DNA of 64,000 bases from Opitutus sp. GAS368 (GCA_945861645.1 CAMAVZ010000003.1:1-64000); one strand, 5' to 3'; numbered from the stretch's first letter, positions 18,236 to 28,176 are shown. Numbers and translations are program-made. The notes: generated by a model from the letters alone, not told the origin.

Positions 18236-19279
18236 TCATAATTTCACCGGCGCGCCCGCTTGAGCCGAGGCGTAGATGGCGTTAACTAGCGCGACGGCCT
18301 TGCGGCCCTCGTGACCATCGATGGCCAGCGGGCGATTTTCGCGCACGGCATCGATCAAATCTTGAATCTGGCGCAAATGGCCGGCGAAGGAAATGGCGTT
18401 GGGGACACTGGCGCCGGAGCCCAGGGTGTTGTCCAACTTGGCATTGCGAATGGCCGCATCTCCCGGAGCTTCCTGGGAAAAATCCCAGCGCGCGATATGA
18501 TCATCTTCCAGGCAAATCGAACCGTGTTCTCCCCCCAATTCGATCCGCCGTGACCAACCCGGCCAGAGGGCAGTTGTGGCCTCAACGGTCCCGAGCGCAC
18601 CGCTGGGAAACCGGAGGGCAGCGCAGGCGGTGTCTTCCGCTTCAATGGCGGTATGTACGCGCCGGGTGGTCCACGCAAAAACTTCACTGGGCAAACCGGC
18701 AAACCACTGGAGTAAATCGAGGCCATGAATGGCTTGATTGATGACGGCGCCACCACCGTCGAGGGCGAGGGTGCCTTTCCAGCCGGTATAATAGGTGGCG
18801 GGACGATGCCACTTAACGTAGGCGCTCGCGAGTACGAGTCGGCCGAAGCGACCCGCGTCCAAGGCGGCTTTCACGGTTTGGGCGCCCACGCCGAAGCGAG
18901 CTTGGAAGATGGGCGCGAGGCGCACGCCGGCGACCGCCGCGGCTTGGATAATTTCGTCAACCCGCGCCGTGGTCACTTCTAGCGGTTTTTCAATAATCAC
19001 ATGTTTGCCCGCGCGGATGGCGGCGAGGGCCGGGGCGAGGTGAGCTCCGCTGGGGGTCGTGATGCAGACGACCTGAATATCAGATCGAGCGAGCAGGGCG
19101 GCGACGTCGGTCGTGGCGAAGGGCACGGGATGTTTCGCGGTGAAGGCGGCGACATTTTTTTCAGAGCGGCCGGCGATGCCGATGAGTTTAGCGCCTTGCG
19201 CGGCGGCGATCGCTTGAGCGTGAAAGCCGGCGATCATGCCGGTGCCAATGATACCAAAGCCAAGAGGTGCTGCGGCCAT
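18236..19279 (-). CDS. Gfo/Idh/MocA family NAD(P)-dependent oxidoreductase
   Basis: GIIGTGMIA, TPSGAH, KHVIIEKP, GGGAVINQAIHGLD. Confidence 0.93.
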   Translation of the reverse strand: MAAAPLGFGIIGTGMIAGFHAQAIAAAQGAKLIGIAGRSEKNVAAFTAKHPVPFATTDVAALLARSDIQVVCITTPSGAHLAPALAAIRAGKHVIIEKPLEVTTARVDEIIQAAAVAGVRLAPIFQARFGVGAQTVKAALDAGRFGRLVLASAYVKWHRPATYYTGWKGTLALDGGGAVINQAIHGLDLLQWFAGLPSEVFAWTTRRVHTAIEAEDTACAALRFPSGALGTVEATTALWPGWSRRIELGGEHGSICLEDDHIARWDFSQEAPGDAAIRNAKLDNTLGSGASVPNAISFAGHLRQIQDLIDAVRENRPLAIDGHEGRKAVALVNAIYASAQAGAPVKL

Positions 19280-19434
19280 AGAGAGAAGAGAGTGCGGCGA
19301 AAAGAGTTAGTTTGCGGAGCTAGCTTTGAGGGCGGTCGAATGATGTCGAGCGTGGCCTTTGGCCTGAAGCCGCCCAGGGGTTAAAGCATCAGCAGGAGGA
19401 AGCTAGTCCTCGCCGTGCAGTTTGGGCGCTTTGA

Positions 19435-20148
19435 TTACAAGCCGAGGAGGCTGCCGCTGCGCTTGAGCCATTGCTCGGCGTCGCGCCACCACGGACATAC
19501 TTCTTCGACGCGCGCCCAAAAGCGGGCGGAATGATTCATTTCCCGTAAATGCATCAGTTCATGTAAAATAATATAATCACGCACGGTGGCGGGAGCTTGC
19601 ATGAGCCGCCAATTGAGGGAAATGGTGCCACTCGCCGAGCACGAGCCCCAGCGCGAACGTTGATTGCGCACGGAGACTTGTTTCACCGCCACCCCCGTTT
19701 CCGCCGCTAGCTCCCACGTGCGGCCGGGCAATTCTAAGCGCGCGCGACGCGCAAAATGCGCCTCGAGCGTCGGGCGTAAATCTCGCTCCAAGGTGGCGAC
19801 GCGAAAAGTATCGGCCGCGAGACTGACCACGGGCTTCGCGCTCGTATTGGTCCCGCGAATTTCTGTCATTAGCCCGCGCCATAATACCGTGGTACCAAGT
19901 GACCAAACCTCCGCGCTGCGAGGCTTTTTGGCTTGGCGCGCGCGGGCGCGGGTGAGCCAGGCGTGCTGCTCGGTCACAAAACGCTGCGCTTCCCGCTCCG
20001 TGCCGCGGGCAGGAATCGTCGCCACCGCCACGCCATTCCGCCGCAAAGTCAGGCGGTAATTACGGGCGCGGCTGCTGCGCACAAAAACTAAATCGGGCGC
20101 CGCTACCATGGTCTGGGGGGAGAAAAACTCCTGCTGTTCGTCGCTCAC
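19435..20148 (-). CDS. YgjP/DUF45 (SprT-like) zinc metallohydrolase
   Basis: VRNQRSRWGSCS, LNWRL, DYIILHELMHLREMNHSARFW. Confidence 0.9.
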   Translation of the reverse strand: MSDEQQEFFSPQTMVAAPDLVFVRSSRARNYRLTLRRNGVAVATIPARGTEREAQRFVTEQHAWLTRARARQAKKPRSAEVWSLGTTVLWRGLMTEIRGTNTSAKPVVSLAADTFRVATLERDLRPTLEAHFARRARLELPGRTWELAAETGVAVKQVSVRNQRSRWGSCSASGTISLNWRLMQAPATVRDYIILHELMHLREMNHSARFWARVEEVCPWWRDAEQWLKRSGSLLGL

Positions 20149-20163
20149 GTAGACTGGGGCTAA

Positions 20164-20397
20164 ATGGAGATATCCCGCAAAGCCAGTCGAGAATTTATCC
20201 GATATTATTTACGCGCTTTTTCAACTGCCTTCATCACGTACAATCTGCAAAATGGCCAATGGCCGGCGGACGAAGCCGCGCGCGTGATTCCTGCGGAGAT
20301 GGCGGGTTCCTTAGGCGCGAGCTTCGAACGCAAATCTCCCATCGGCGGATATTACAAATGGGATGACCGTCGGGGTGATTGCCGAACTGCCCCCTGA
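20164..20397 (+). pseudogene. Probable internal fragment of a pilin/pseudopilin-like gene
   Basis: LRAFSTAFITYNLQNGQWPAD...P.EM...SPIGGYYKWD resembles the post-helix region of verrucomicrobial prepilin-type proteins. The N-terminal G/FTLIE motif and the C-terminus are missing. Confidence 0.45.
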
Positions 20398-20459
20398 TGC
20401 GGTTAATGTTGGCTCGGGCAATTCGCGTTGGCGCAAAGTGCTAAACTAGGGTCCTGCGC

Positions 20460-20903
20460 TCAGAGTAATTCTAGCCGCCAATCGAGCGGTCGGCGTGGCG
20501 ACAAGGTGAGCCAGGCAAAACTGGCGTGCTTTCCCCGTTTGGGTCGAGAGATGCAGCCGGGGTTGAGCCAACGGATGCCCGCGGCATCGGTTTCATCACG
20601 CGGTATGTGCGTGTGCCCATGTAACACTACCTGAGTTCCCGGCGGCACTCGCTCGGGAGGGATATGCGTGAGGAAAAATTTCCGGCCCGCCCGCTCTAAG
20701 CGGAGCTCCCAGGGCCAGAGATCATGGAGCTCATTGTTGCCGAGCACCACCAAGAGCGGTTTACCCAAGGCTTCGAACGCCGTGAGCGTAGCCGGATCAC
20801 AAACATCGCCGAGATGCCAAATCTCATCGGCGGCGGCTAGTCGCGCTGGTAAATTTGGCGGAAACTGATCGTGGGTATCGGCTATGACCGCGATGCGCAT
20901 CAT
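20460..20903 (-). CDS. YfcE-like metallophosphoesterase
   Basis: IADTH, HLGD, VLGNN, LTH, HGHTH, NPG. Overlaps the cstA stop. Confidence 0.9.
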   Translation of the reverse strand: MMRIAVIADTHDQFPPNLPARLAAADEIWHLGDVCDPATLTAFEALGKPLLVVLGNNELHDLWPWELRLERAGRKFFLTHIPPERVPPGTQVVLHGHTHIPRDETDAAGIRWLNPGCISRPKRGKHASFAWLTLSPRRPLDWRLELL

Positions 20904-22951
20904 TTAACCGACACTCCTGAAATAGAAACGTAAGGTTCTTCACGCAGCTGAGCGGGGCTCTGGTGCACCAGTAATTTCCACCACACCCGGGCATTCGCCA
21001 CCACGACGGTACTAACGAGGAGGAGGAAAAGTCCGGTGACAACGGCGTCGACGCGATTATTGAACAGCTGGGCTTGCCAGGTGATGAGTTCCGCCGCCTT
21101 GCCGCCTGCGGCCAGCTTAGCCTCGAGCGCGCGAGCCGTAGCTAAAAATCCGAGCGGGGCGGGGCTGAAAATTTTCATCAGGCCGGCCGTCAGGGTGACC
21201 GCCAGTAACCACAGGAGCGGCACTACGGTGACCCAGAGGTAACGCACCCGACCCATCTTGATGAGTACGGTTGTGCCTAGCGCGAGCGCGAGGACGGCGA
21301 GCAGTTGGTTCGCGATACCGAAGATCGGCCACAACGAATTGATTCCGCCGAGGGGATCAACCACCCCTTGATAGAGAAACCAGCCCCAGAGGCTGACAAA
21401 TAGCGCCGTGGCCAGCGTGCCGGCCCCGAGCGAACGCGTGTCGCCGAGTGGGGCCCAGAGCGTGCCGAGCAAATCCTGCATTAAGAAACGCCCGACGCGC
21501 GTGCCGGCGTCGATGGTCGTCAAAATAAACAAGGCCTCAAACATGATGGCAAAATGATACCAGAGCGCGAGCCCCGCCCGGCTGCCCATAACGCCAGCGA
21601 ACATATGGGCCATCCCCACCGCAAAAGTGGGCGCGCCTCCGGTGCGACCCACCATGGTTTTTTCGCCGACACTCGCCGCGAGATCAGCCATCTGGGCGGT
21701 CGAAACGGGAAAGCCGAGGGCCGTCACTTTGGCCGTCACCACTTCAGCCGTCCCTGCCATATTAATCGCAAAATATTGCCCCGGCTCCATCGCGCACGCC
21801 GCGATGAGCGCCATAACGCCCACACACATCTCCGTTACCATCGCGCCATAACCGACGACCCGAATGTGTGACTCGCGGGCGAGTAATTTAGGCGTCACCC
21901 CGCTGGCGATCAGCGAGTGGAAGCCCGAAATGGCGGCGCAAGCGATCGTGATAAAGCAGAACGGAAACACCGGTCCGGCAAACACGGGACCCGTGCCGTC
22001 GATAAATTTTGTCACCGAGGGCATCTTCAGCATCGGCGCCAGCATCACCACCGCTACGGCCAGCGCCGCTACTGTCCCAATTTTCATGAAGGTGCTCAGA
22101 TAATCTCGCGGCGTGAGCAGGAGCCATACGGGCAAAATGGAAGCCAGTAAGCCGTAGCCCATAATCCACCAAGCAATGGCGGTGCCGGATAACGTGAAGG
22201 CGCTTTCGAACACCGAGCCGTGCAAAAATTGTCCACCCCAGACGGCCGCGAGCAGGCCTATGACCCCGAAAATGCTGATGATGGCTAAGCCCCGCGAACT
22301 CTGCCCGACGGCCTTCATGCCCAGTCCCATCACCACCGCAATCGGCATGGTTGCCGCAATCGTAAACAATCCCCAGGGGCTTTCGGCGAGGGCCTTCACG
22401 ACCACGAGCGCCAGCACGGCGAGCAAAATAACCATAATGGCCAAAACGCTGATGGAGGCCACCCCGCCCGCAAATGAGCCAACTTCCTCCCGCACCATTT
22501 GACTGAGTGATTTTCCGCGGCGCCGAATAGAGCAAAATAAAATAACAGAATCATGCACCGCGCCCCCGAGCGTCGCGCCGACGAGCATCCACAAAAGGCC
22601 CGGCAAAAAGCCAAATTGTGCCGCGAGCACGGGCCCCACTAAAGGCCCTGGTCCCGCAATAGCCGCAAAGTGGTGACCAAACACCACCCACTTATTGGTC
22701 TTCACGTAATCTTTGCCGTCGGCATTAACTTCCGCCGGAGTCGCCCGCTGCTCATCGAGTGTCAACACCTTGGCCATGAGCCAGGCCGAATGAAAACGAT
22801 AGCTCACCGCAAAAACGCACCCAGTCGCGACGACCATCCAGAGGGCATTGACCGGCTCGCCGCGCGACCAAGCCAGCACACCGATCGCCAGTGCGCCAAG
22901 CACCGCGACTAAACTCCAAAGCACAATACGCAACCAAGGGGGAATTTTCAT
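20900..22951 (-). CDS. cstA: Carbon starvation protein A (CstA family peptide/pyruvate transporter)
   Basis: DGKDYV, FGHHFAAIAGPGPLVGPVLAAQFG, PRDYLSTF, FITIACAAISGFH, GRTGGAPTFAVGMA, LWYHFAIMFEALFILTTIDAGTRVGRF. Confidence 0.95.
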   Translation of the reverse strand: MKIPPWLRIVLWSLVAVLGALAIGVLAWSRGEPVNALWMVVATGCVFAVSYRFHSAWLMAKVLTLDEQRATPAEVNADGKDYVKTNKWVVFGHHFAAIAGPGPLVGPVLAAQFGFLPGLLWMLVGATLGGAVHDSVILFCSIRRRGKSLSQMVREEVGSFAGGVASISVLAIMVILLAVLALVVVKALAESPWGLFTIAATMPIAVVMGLGMKAVGQSSRGLAIISIFGVIGLLAAVWGGQFLHGSVFESAFTLSGTAIAWWIMGYGLLASILPVWLLLTPRDYLSTFMKIGTVAALAVAVVMLAPMLKMPSVTKFIDGTGPVFAGPVFPFCFITIACAAISGFHSLIASGVTPKLLARESHIRVVGYGAMVTEMCVGVMALIAACAMEPGQYFAINMAGTAEVVTAKVTALGFPVSTAQMADLAASVGEKTMVGRTGGAPTFAVGMAHMFAGVMGSRAGLALWYHFAIMFEALFILTTIDAGTRVGRFLMQDLLGTLWAPLGDTRSLGAGTLATALFVSLWGWFLYQGVVDPLGGINSLWPIFGIANQLLAVLALALGTTVLIKMGRVRYLWVTVVPLLWLLAVTLTAGLMKIFSPAPLGFLATARALEAKLAAGGKAAELITWQAQLFNNRVDAVVTGLFLLLVSTVVVANARVWWKLLVHQSPAQLREEPYVSISGVSVK

Positions 22952-23114
22952 GGGTAATTAATAACGCGACTCGCCGCCAACAAGCCCCGAGATCCCCCGC
23001 GGAGCAACCGCGAAATCGATCGATCTGCGTGGGTCTCCATCCTTCCCAGGGTTTTTCCCTCAGCGATTTGCCAATGGCATTGCCATCGCGCGGGGTGAGC
23101 GCCTTTCTCGCGCC

Positions 23115-24197
23115 ATGGCTCAAAAAGCAGACGGCATGAATTACGCGCCCCAAGGCAAAGTGCGGCCCGTCGTTAAAGCTGGGGAATTTATTTTCGCCGC
23201 CGCTTATCTCGAGCACGGCCACATCTATGGTCAATGCAACGGTCTCATTGAAGCCGGGGCTGAGCTCAAATGGGTGTACGATCCCGATGCTAAAAAAGGA
23301 GAGGCCTTTCGCGCTAAATATCCGACGGTGCAGGTCGCGCGTTCTTTTGATGAAATTCTCGACGATCCCGCGGTTAAGCTAGTCGCCGCGGCTGCCATTC
23401 CTAATGTTCGCGGCGGCATCGGCTGCCGGGTGATGGCGGCGGGCAAAGATTATTTTACGGATAAAACCCCTTTCACCACACTCGAACAATTGGCGCAGGC
23501 GCGGCAGGTCGTGGCCGACACGGGTCGCAAATACATGGTTTATTTTAGCGAGCGACTCCACGTGGAGTGCGCGATGCATGCGGGTGATCTCGTGCAGGGC
23601 GGCGCGATCGGGAAAGTTATTCAGGTCCTCGGACTCGGGCCACACCGGATCGGCGATAAAGCGGGCCGACCTCCATGGTTTTACGAACACCTGCGCTACG
23701 GCGGCATTTTGTGCGACATCGGTAGTCATCAGATTGAACAGTATCTTTTTTATAGCGGAGCCACGGATGCGACCGTGACGCAGGCGGCCATCGCTAATTA
23801 CGGCAATGCGGACACGCCGGAGTTTGAGGATTTCGGCGAGGCTTCTTTGGTCGGCAACAATGCCACGAGTAACTATTTTCGCGTCGACTGGTTCACCCCG
23901 CGCGGCCTCAGCACTTGGGGCGATGGGCGCACGGTTATTCTCGGCACCAAGGGCTACATTGAATTGCGTAAATATGTCGACGTCGGCCGCGCCGCGGTGG
24001 GGGATCAGCTCTACCTCGTGGATGACCAAGGCGAGCAGCACTTGAGTGTGGCGGGTCAAGTCGGGTACCGCTTCTTTGGCGAATTGATTCTCGATTGCCT
24101 CAATCGGACCGAGCAAGCGATGAGCCAAGCGCATGCTTTCAAGGCGGCTGAGCTCTGCTTAAAGGCGCAAGCCGCCGCGCGTCGACTAACGCCCTAA
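23115..24197 (+). CDS. Gfo/Idh/MocA family oxidoreductase
   Basis: HGHIYG, KDYFTDKTP, YFSERL, GLGPHR, YGGILCDIGSHQ, RVDWFTP, TWGDGR. Confidence 0.9.
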   Translation: MAQKADGMNYAPQGKVRPVVKAGEFIFAAAYLEHGHIYGQCNGLIEAGAELKWVYDPDAKKGEAFRAKYPTVQVARSFDEILDDPAVKLVAAAAIPNVRGGIGCRVMAAGKDYFTDKTPFTTLEQLAQARQVVADTGRKYMVYFSERLHVECAMHAGDLVQGGAIGKVIQVLGLGPHRIGDKAGRPPWFYEHLRYGGILCDIGSHQIEQYLFYSGATDATVTQAAIANYGNADTPEFEDFGEASLVGNNATSNYFRVDWFTPRGLSTWGDGRTVILGTKGYIELRKYVDVGRAAVGDQLYLVDDQGEQHLSVAGQVGYRFFGELILDCLNRTEQAMSQAHAFKAAELCLKAQAAARRLTP

Positions 24198-24222
24198 ACA
24201 CTGCGCGGCGAAAAATAATTTT

Positions 24223-24624
24223 ATGCAGTTAAAGATTAAGTGGAATGATGATCGCGTGCGTGGGGCTACGACGGCTATTTTATTGATCGGCCGCGCTCGC
24301 TTAGCGCGGGGTCAAACCGAAGATTTAATTGCCGATGCGCTCGCTGAATATCGCGACGACCCGGCCGGTTATAAAGCCAACAAGGCCGCTTGGCCGGATG
24401 CGCAAGAACTGGGCCCGTTGACTAAATCTATCCACGTGGAGCGGTACCAAAAATTACTTTTAGCGGTCGCCGCGCTGCAGCAAAAAATGGCGGAAAATAA
24501 GCGTCAGTCTAACAGCCTGCGCGAGCTCGATAATTATCTGATCGCCAGCCTCAGCCACGTCACGGCGCGGCCGGCGGAAAATCTTTCAGCCGCGCCGAAG
24601 GGATGGGCATCGCCGAAAAGGTGA
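24223..24624 (+). CDS. Hypothetical protein
   Basis: 133-aa ATG ORF co-oriented 25 nt after the oxidoreductase. Helical, soluble composition; no family recognised. Confidence 0.7.
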   Translation: MQLKIKWNDDRVRGATTAILLIGRARLARGQTEDLIADALAEYRDDPAGYKANKAAWPDAQELGPLTKSIHVERYQKLLLAVAALQQKMAENKRQSNSLRELDNYLIASLSHVTARPAENLSAAPKGWASPKR

Positions 24625-24666
24625 ATTGCTCGGTGGGGCGCTGGCCCGCTCTCGGCGCTGGCCGCT

Positions 24667-25188
24667 TTACTTAATCTCGAGCAGCTCGACCTCAAAACGC
24701 AGGGTCGCCCGACCGGGAATCGCGCCTTTGCCGGTCTCGCCATAAGCGAGCCACCACGGAATCAAGAGGGTGCGTTTTTCGCCTTTTTTCATGGTGCCGA
24801 CGGCTTCATCCCAACCTTTGATTACGCGGCCCGTGCCCACGCGAAAAATAAATGGGGTGCCCCGATCGCGCGAGCTGTCGAATTTGGCGCCGTCCAGTAA
24901 ATAGCCATCATAGTGCATGACAACTTCCGCGCCGAGCGTGGGCGCGGGACCGGTGCCCGGTCGGCGCACGAGATAACGCAGACCCGAGGGCTGGGGATGC
25001 GCGGTCCCGTATTGTTCGCGCAGGATCGCCGCATCGGCTGTGCTGAGCTGGGGATTCTCGAGCACCTGCCGCATGTAAATATTCATCGGCTCCCCGATAT
25101 TTTTGCGGCGGAGGATGCCGGTGCGGGCTTGGAAAGCGATGAAGGCGAGCAGCAGGCCAAGAATGAGGAGGATGCCAAATTTACGCAT
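24667..25188 (-). CDS. FKBP-type peptidyl-prolyl cis-trans isomerase with N-terminal anchor
   Basis: HYDGYLLDGAKFDSSRDRG, VIKGWDE, GEKRTLLIP..LAYG, ATLRFEVELL. Confidence 0.93.
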   Translation of the reverse strand: MRKFGILLILGLLLAFIAFQARTGILRRKNIGEPMNIYMRQVLENPQLSTADAAILREQYGTAHPQPSGLRYLVRRPGTGPAPTLGAEVVMHYDGYLLDGAKFDSSRDRGTPFIFRVGTGRVIKGWDEAVGTMKKGEKRTLLIPWWLAYGETGKGAIPGRATLRFEVELLEIK

Positions 25189-25203
25189 GAGGCGGAGAGC
25201 GGA

Positions 25204-26541
25204 CTATTTTTTAGCCAGTAAGTCGAGCGCGGCCGCGGTGACCGCGGTGATGCCCGTCTTGATTGTTGGCTCCGGGACAGGGGCGAACTTGCTGGAATGC
25301 AGCGAGGGCAGGGCCACCCCCGTACGCTCACTCTCGGCGACTTTCTCCGGGGCCACCGCCCCAATACGGAAAAGGCACAGCGGCACTTTTTCTGCCGTGC
25401 GACCGAACTCACTGAAATCTTCGCCGCCCATTTCTGCTTCAATGGTCCGCACCTGCTCGGCCCCCAGCCACGTGTTGAGCGTGCCGCGGATTCTCCGGGT
25501 GAGCTGGGGGTCGTTGTACGTCGCGGGCGTGAATTGAGCCCCGACTAAGGTAATCGTCGGCATCAGGTTTTCGGGCAGGCCGGCCGCGATGGCCTCACCG
25601 CGACAAATCCGCTTGACGGCTTCGATGGTATGCAGCCGCACTCCATCAGAATAGGAACGGAGCGTGAGCTGCAGTTTCACCTCATTAGGGATGATGTTGT
25701 GCTTGGTCCCACCGTGAATGGAACCCACGGTGATCACCGCTGGATCAATGGGCCGGGTTTCGCGACTGATAATCGTCTGAAGCGCTCCAATGATTCGTGC
25801 AGCGAGCACAATGGGATCTTTGGTCGTATGCGGATACGCGCCATGGCCACCAACGCCGTGCACCGTGATGTCCATCGAATCGACGTTGGCCATAATGTAG
25901 CCTTCAACGATGCCGACCGTACCCGCTGGCAAGGTGGCGCTATCATGCACCGCGATAGCAAAATCCGGTACGGGAAATTTCCGATAAAGTCCGGCCGTGA
26001 GCATCGCGCGCGCACCGACGCCCAGCTCTTCGGCCGGCTGGCCGATTAGCACTAAGGTGCCTGACCAGTGGTCCTTGAGCGCCGCGAGAGTCCGTGCGCT
26101 GCCGGTGAAAATTGTCATGTGAATATCATGCCCACAGGCCTGCATCACCCCGACCGTCTGGCCGGACAAGTCGCTGGTGCGGGTTTGGCTCGCGTAGGCG
26201 AGGCCGGTTTCCTCGGTGACCGGCAGGCCGTCGAGATCGGTGCGAATCAGCAAGGTGAGTCCGGGGCCATTTTTAAGTACGCCGACGATGCCGTAGCCGC
26301 CAAATTTTTCGGTAACCTCAAAACCTGCTTGGCGAAGCTCGTTCGCGATTTTGGCCGAAGTTTTCTCTTCCATCAGCGAGAGCTCAGGGTGCGCGTGCAG
26401 GTCTTGATAGAGCCGCTCGAGCGAAGGATATTCAGCCGCTACTTTATCAGCGACGAGGCCATGGAGGCCATCGGCGGCGAACAAGAGCGGGCCGGGGGCG
26501 AAGAGGAGCGCAGCGAGCACAATACGGGTGGGGGCGTTCAT
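25204..26541 (-). CDS. M20 family amidohydrolase (signal peptide)
   Basis: HAHPELS, RTDLDGLPV, MQACGHDIH, QPAEE, GGHGAYPH, MGGEDF, LHSSKF. Confidence 0.92.
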   Translation of the reverse strand: MNAPTRIVLAALLFAPGPLLFAADGLHGLVADKVAAEYPSLERLYQDLHAHPELSLMEEKTSAKIANELRQAGFEVTEKFGGYGIVGVLKNGPGLTLLIRTDLDGLPVTEETGLAYASQTRTSDLSGQTVGVMQACGHDIHMTIFTGSARTLAALKDHWSGTLVLIGQPAEELGVGARAMLTAGLYRKFPVPDFAIAVHDSATLPAGTVGIVEGYIMANVDSMDITVHGVGGHGAYPHTTKDPIVLAARIIGALQTIISRETRPIDPAVITVGSIHGGTKHNIIPNEVKLQLTLRSYSDGVRLHTIEAVKRICRGEAIAAGLPENLMPTITLVGAQFTPATYNDPQLTRRIRGTLNTWLGAEQVRTIEAEMGGEDFSEFGRTAEKVPLCLFRIGAVAPEKVAESERTGVALPSLHSSKFAPVPEPTIKTGITAVTAAALDLLAKK

Positions 26542-27704
26542 TTTTGAGCGGGAGGTTTAATGTTAGGTTCGAGCTTAAAGATTAGGCTATCAAGTAACGC
26601 ATCGGTGCGGAGCTTGAGGTGTTGCGCGGGGGATGGCGGCTGATCGGCCGGAGCATTTTTTTTCTGCTGTGCAAAAGCGGCGTCGCCCGCCGCGGCGGCT
26701 TGCGCCAAGAAGATTTCCTTTTGTTGATGAAAAGTCCCGTCTGGCTTTCGCTCAGCCTGCGTCGGGGGTGAGCCAAAAAAAGCGGGCGTAGACTCGGTGC
26801 CGATCCAGATGCGCCAGTCGTCTTCATCGGCAAAATAAGCCGCGACGGCGCCGCGTTGCGCCGTGCCGAGTTGTTGCGCGAGCGCCTGCATGAAAGCGCC
26901 GGGCGCATTGTCTTCCGCAGCACTCGGGGATTTGGCCAATAACCGCGCGACAATTTTCAACCCCGTAACGCGCTCGAAGTTCGCCAGCTTGAAATTAAAG
27001 TTTTTGGCCCGCGGAATCTCCTGGGGTAAGAGATGGGCGGGATCGTCAAAAGGTGCGGTCGGGCCCGGGGCGGACGCGCCCGAGTATTTTTTAGCCGCCG
27101 CCGCCAGCGCTTGAAAGGTGGCGCGATCATTCTTGAAGGCCTGCGCCGCGGGGCCCACTCGTTGAATCTTAATCGTGAAAGCTTCGTTGGGTTTAATGAG
27201 CGGGAGAATGGCCAAGCCCCGCACCACGCGGCCAAATACGCTGTGCAGATAATTAAGCCGATCGGTTGGGGCTAAGGTGAGAAAAAATTCGCAACTGTTG
27301 GTGTCCGGCCCGGCGTTGGCCATCGAGAGAATGCCCGCTGCGTCGTGCCGCAGACCGGGGACAAACTCATCCGCAAAATGATGCGGGCTTGGAACTTTTT
27401 CATCATCAGTGTCCTTGAGGCCGGGGTTGCCGCTTTGGATCACAAAACCCGGAACGACGCGGTAAAAAGTGAGGCCAGTGTAAAAAGGTTGCCCATTTTT
27501 CGGGGCGAGGGTGCCTTCCGCGAGTCCGGTGAAATTAGCGCAAGTGAGGGGAGCTTGGGGGTAATAGAGTTCGGCGGTAATCACGCCGTGCGGCGTGATA
27601 AAATCCGCGTACAGTCCATCGGGGAGTTGCTCCGCCGCTAACGGGGCAGCGAAGAGAGCTAAGCCTAAGCTCGCGGCCAAAACGGCAGTCGAAAGGAAGC
27701 GCAT
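26538..27704 (-). CDS. Cyclophilin-type PPIase with a C-terminal extra (TPM-like) domain
   Basis: APLTCANF, FYRVVPGFVIQSG, GILSMANAGPDTNSCEFF, HSVFGRVV; signal peptide. Confidence 0.88.
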   Translation of the reverse strand: MRFLSTAVLAASLGLALFAAPLAAEQLPDGLYADFITPHGVITAELYYPQAPLTCANFTGLAEGTLAPKNGQPFYTGLTFYRVVPGFVIQSGNPGLKDTDDEKVPSPHHFADEFVPGLRHDAAGILSMANAGPDTNSCEFFLTLAPTDRLNYLHSVFGRVVRGLAILPLIKPNEAFTIKIQRVGPAAQAFKNDRATFQALAAAAKKYSGASAPGPTAPFDDPAHLLPQEIPRAKNFNFKLANFERVTGLKIVARLLAKSPSAAEDNAPGAFMQALAQQLGTAQRGAVAAYFADEDDWRIWIGTESTPAFFGSPPTQAERKPDGTFHQQKEIFLAQAAAAGDAAFAQQKKNAPADQPPSPAQHLKLRTDALLDSLIFKLEPNIKPPAQK

Positions 27705-27798
27705 TTCTGCAACCTAGCGGGCTCCCGCTCTCGCGCGAGCAAGTTTGTGCGTCAGGGTAGCTCAGCCGGTCGCGGGTGCAGGCCGCACCGCGCGCCGC

Positions 27799-28122
27799 TT
27801 AGAGGAACGAGCAGATGTATTCGCAGATCCCGGTTTTTACCTCGATCGTGAAACCGCTTTTGCCTGGCACATCAAACGCCGTGCCCTCCGCATAATTTTT
27901 TAGGCCAGTTTGACCATCAAGGGTCACGTGGCAGCTTCCCGCGACAATTTCCATCCGCTCCGGCGCGCCAGTGCCAAAGTGATAGCTGCCTGGGTAGATT
28001 AACCCGAGGGTTTTTTTGGCCCCATCAGGCAGCAGGACGGTGTGGCTGACGACGCGACCGTCGAAATAAATATTAGCTTTCGAGTGTACGGTGACGCCGG
28101 CAAAGGAAGAGGGCAGAGCCAT
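27799..28122 (-). CDS. ppnP: Pyrimidine/purine nucleoside phosphorylase (DUF1255)
   Basis: KANIYFDGRVVSH, KTLGLI.PGSY.FGT.APERMEI, YICSF. Confidence 0.9.
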   Translation of the reverse strand: MALPSSFAGVTVHSKANIYFDGRVVSHTVLLPDGAKKTLGLIYPGSYHFGTGAPERMEIVAGSCHVTLDGQTGLKNYAEGTAFDVPGKSGFTIEVKTGICEYICSFL

Positions 28123-28176
28123 GAGATGGATAATGGTTAGGGGGAAATCGTGAGAGGGGGGCGGAGAGTCGGGGAT

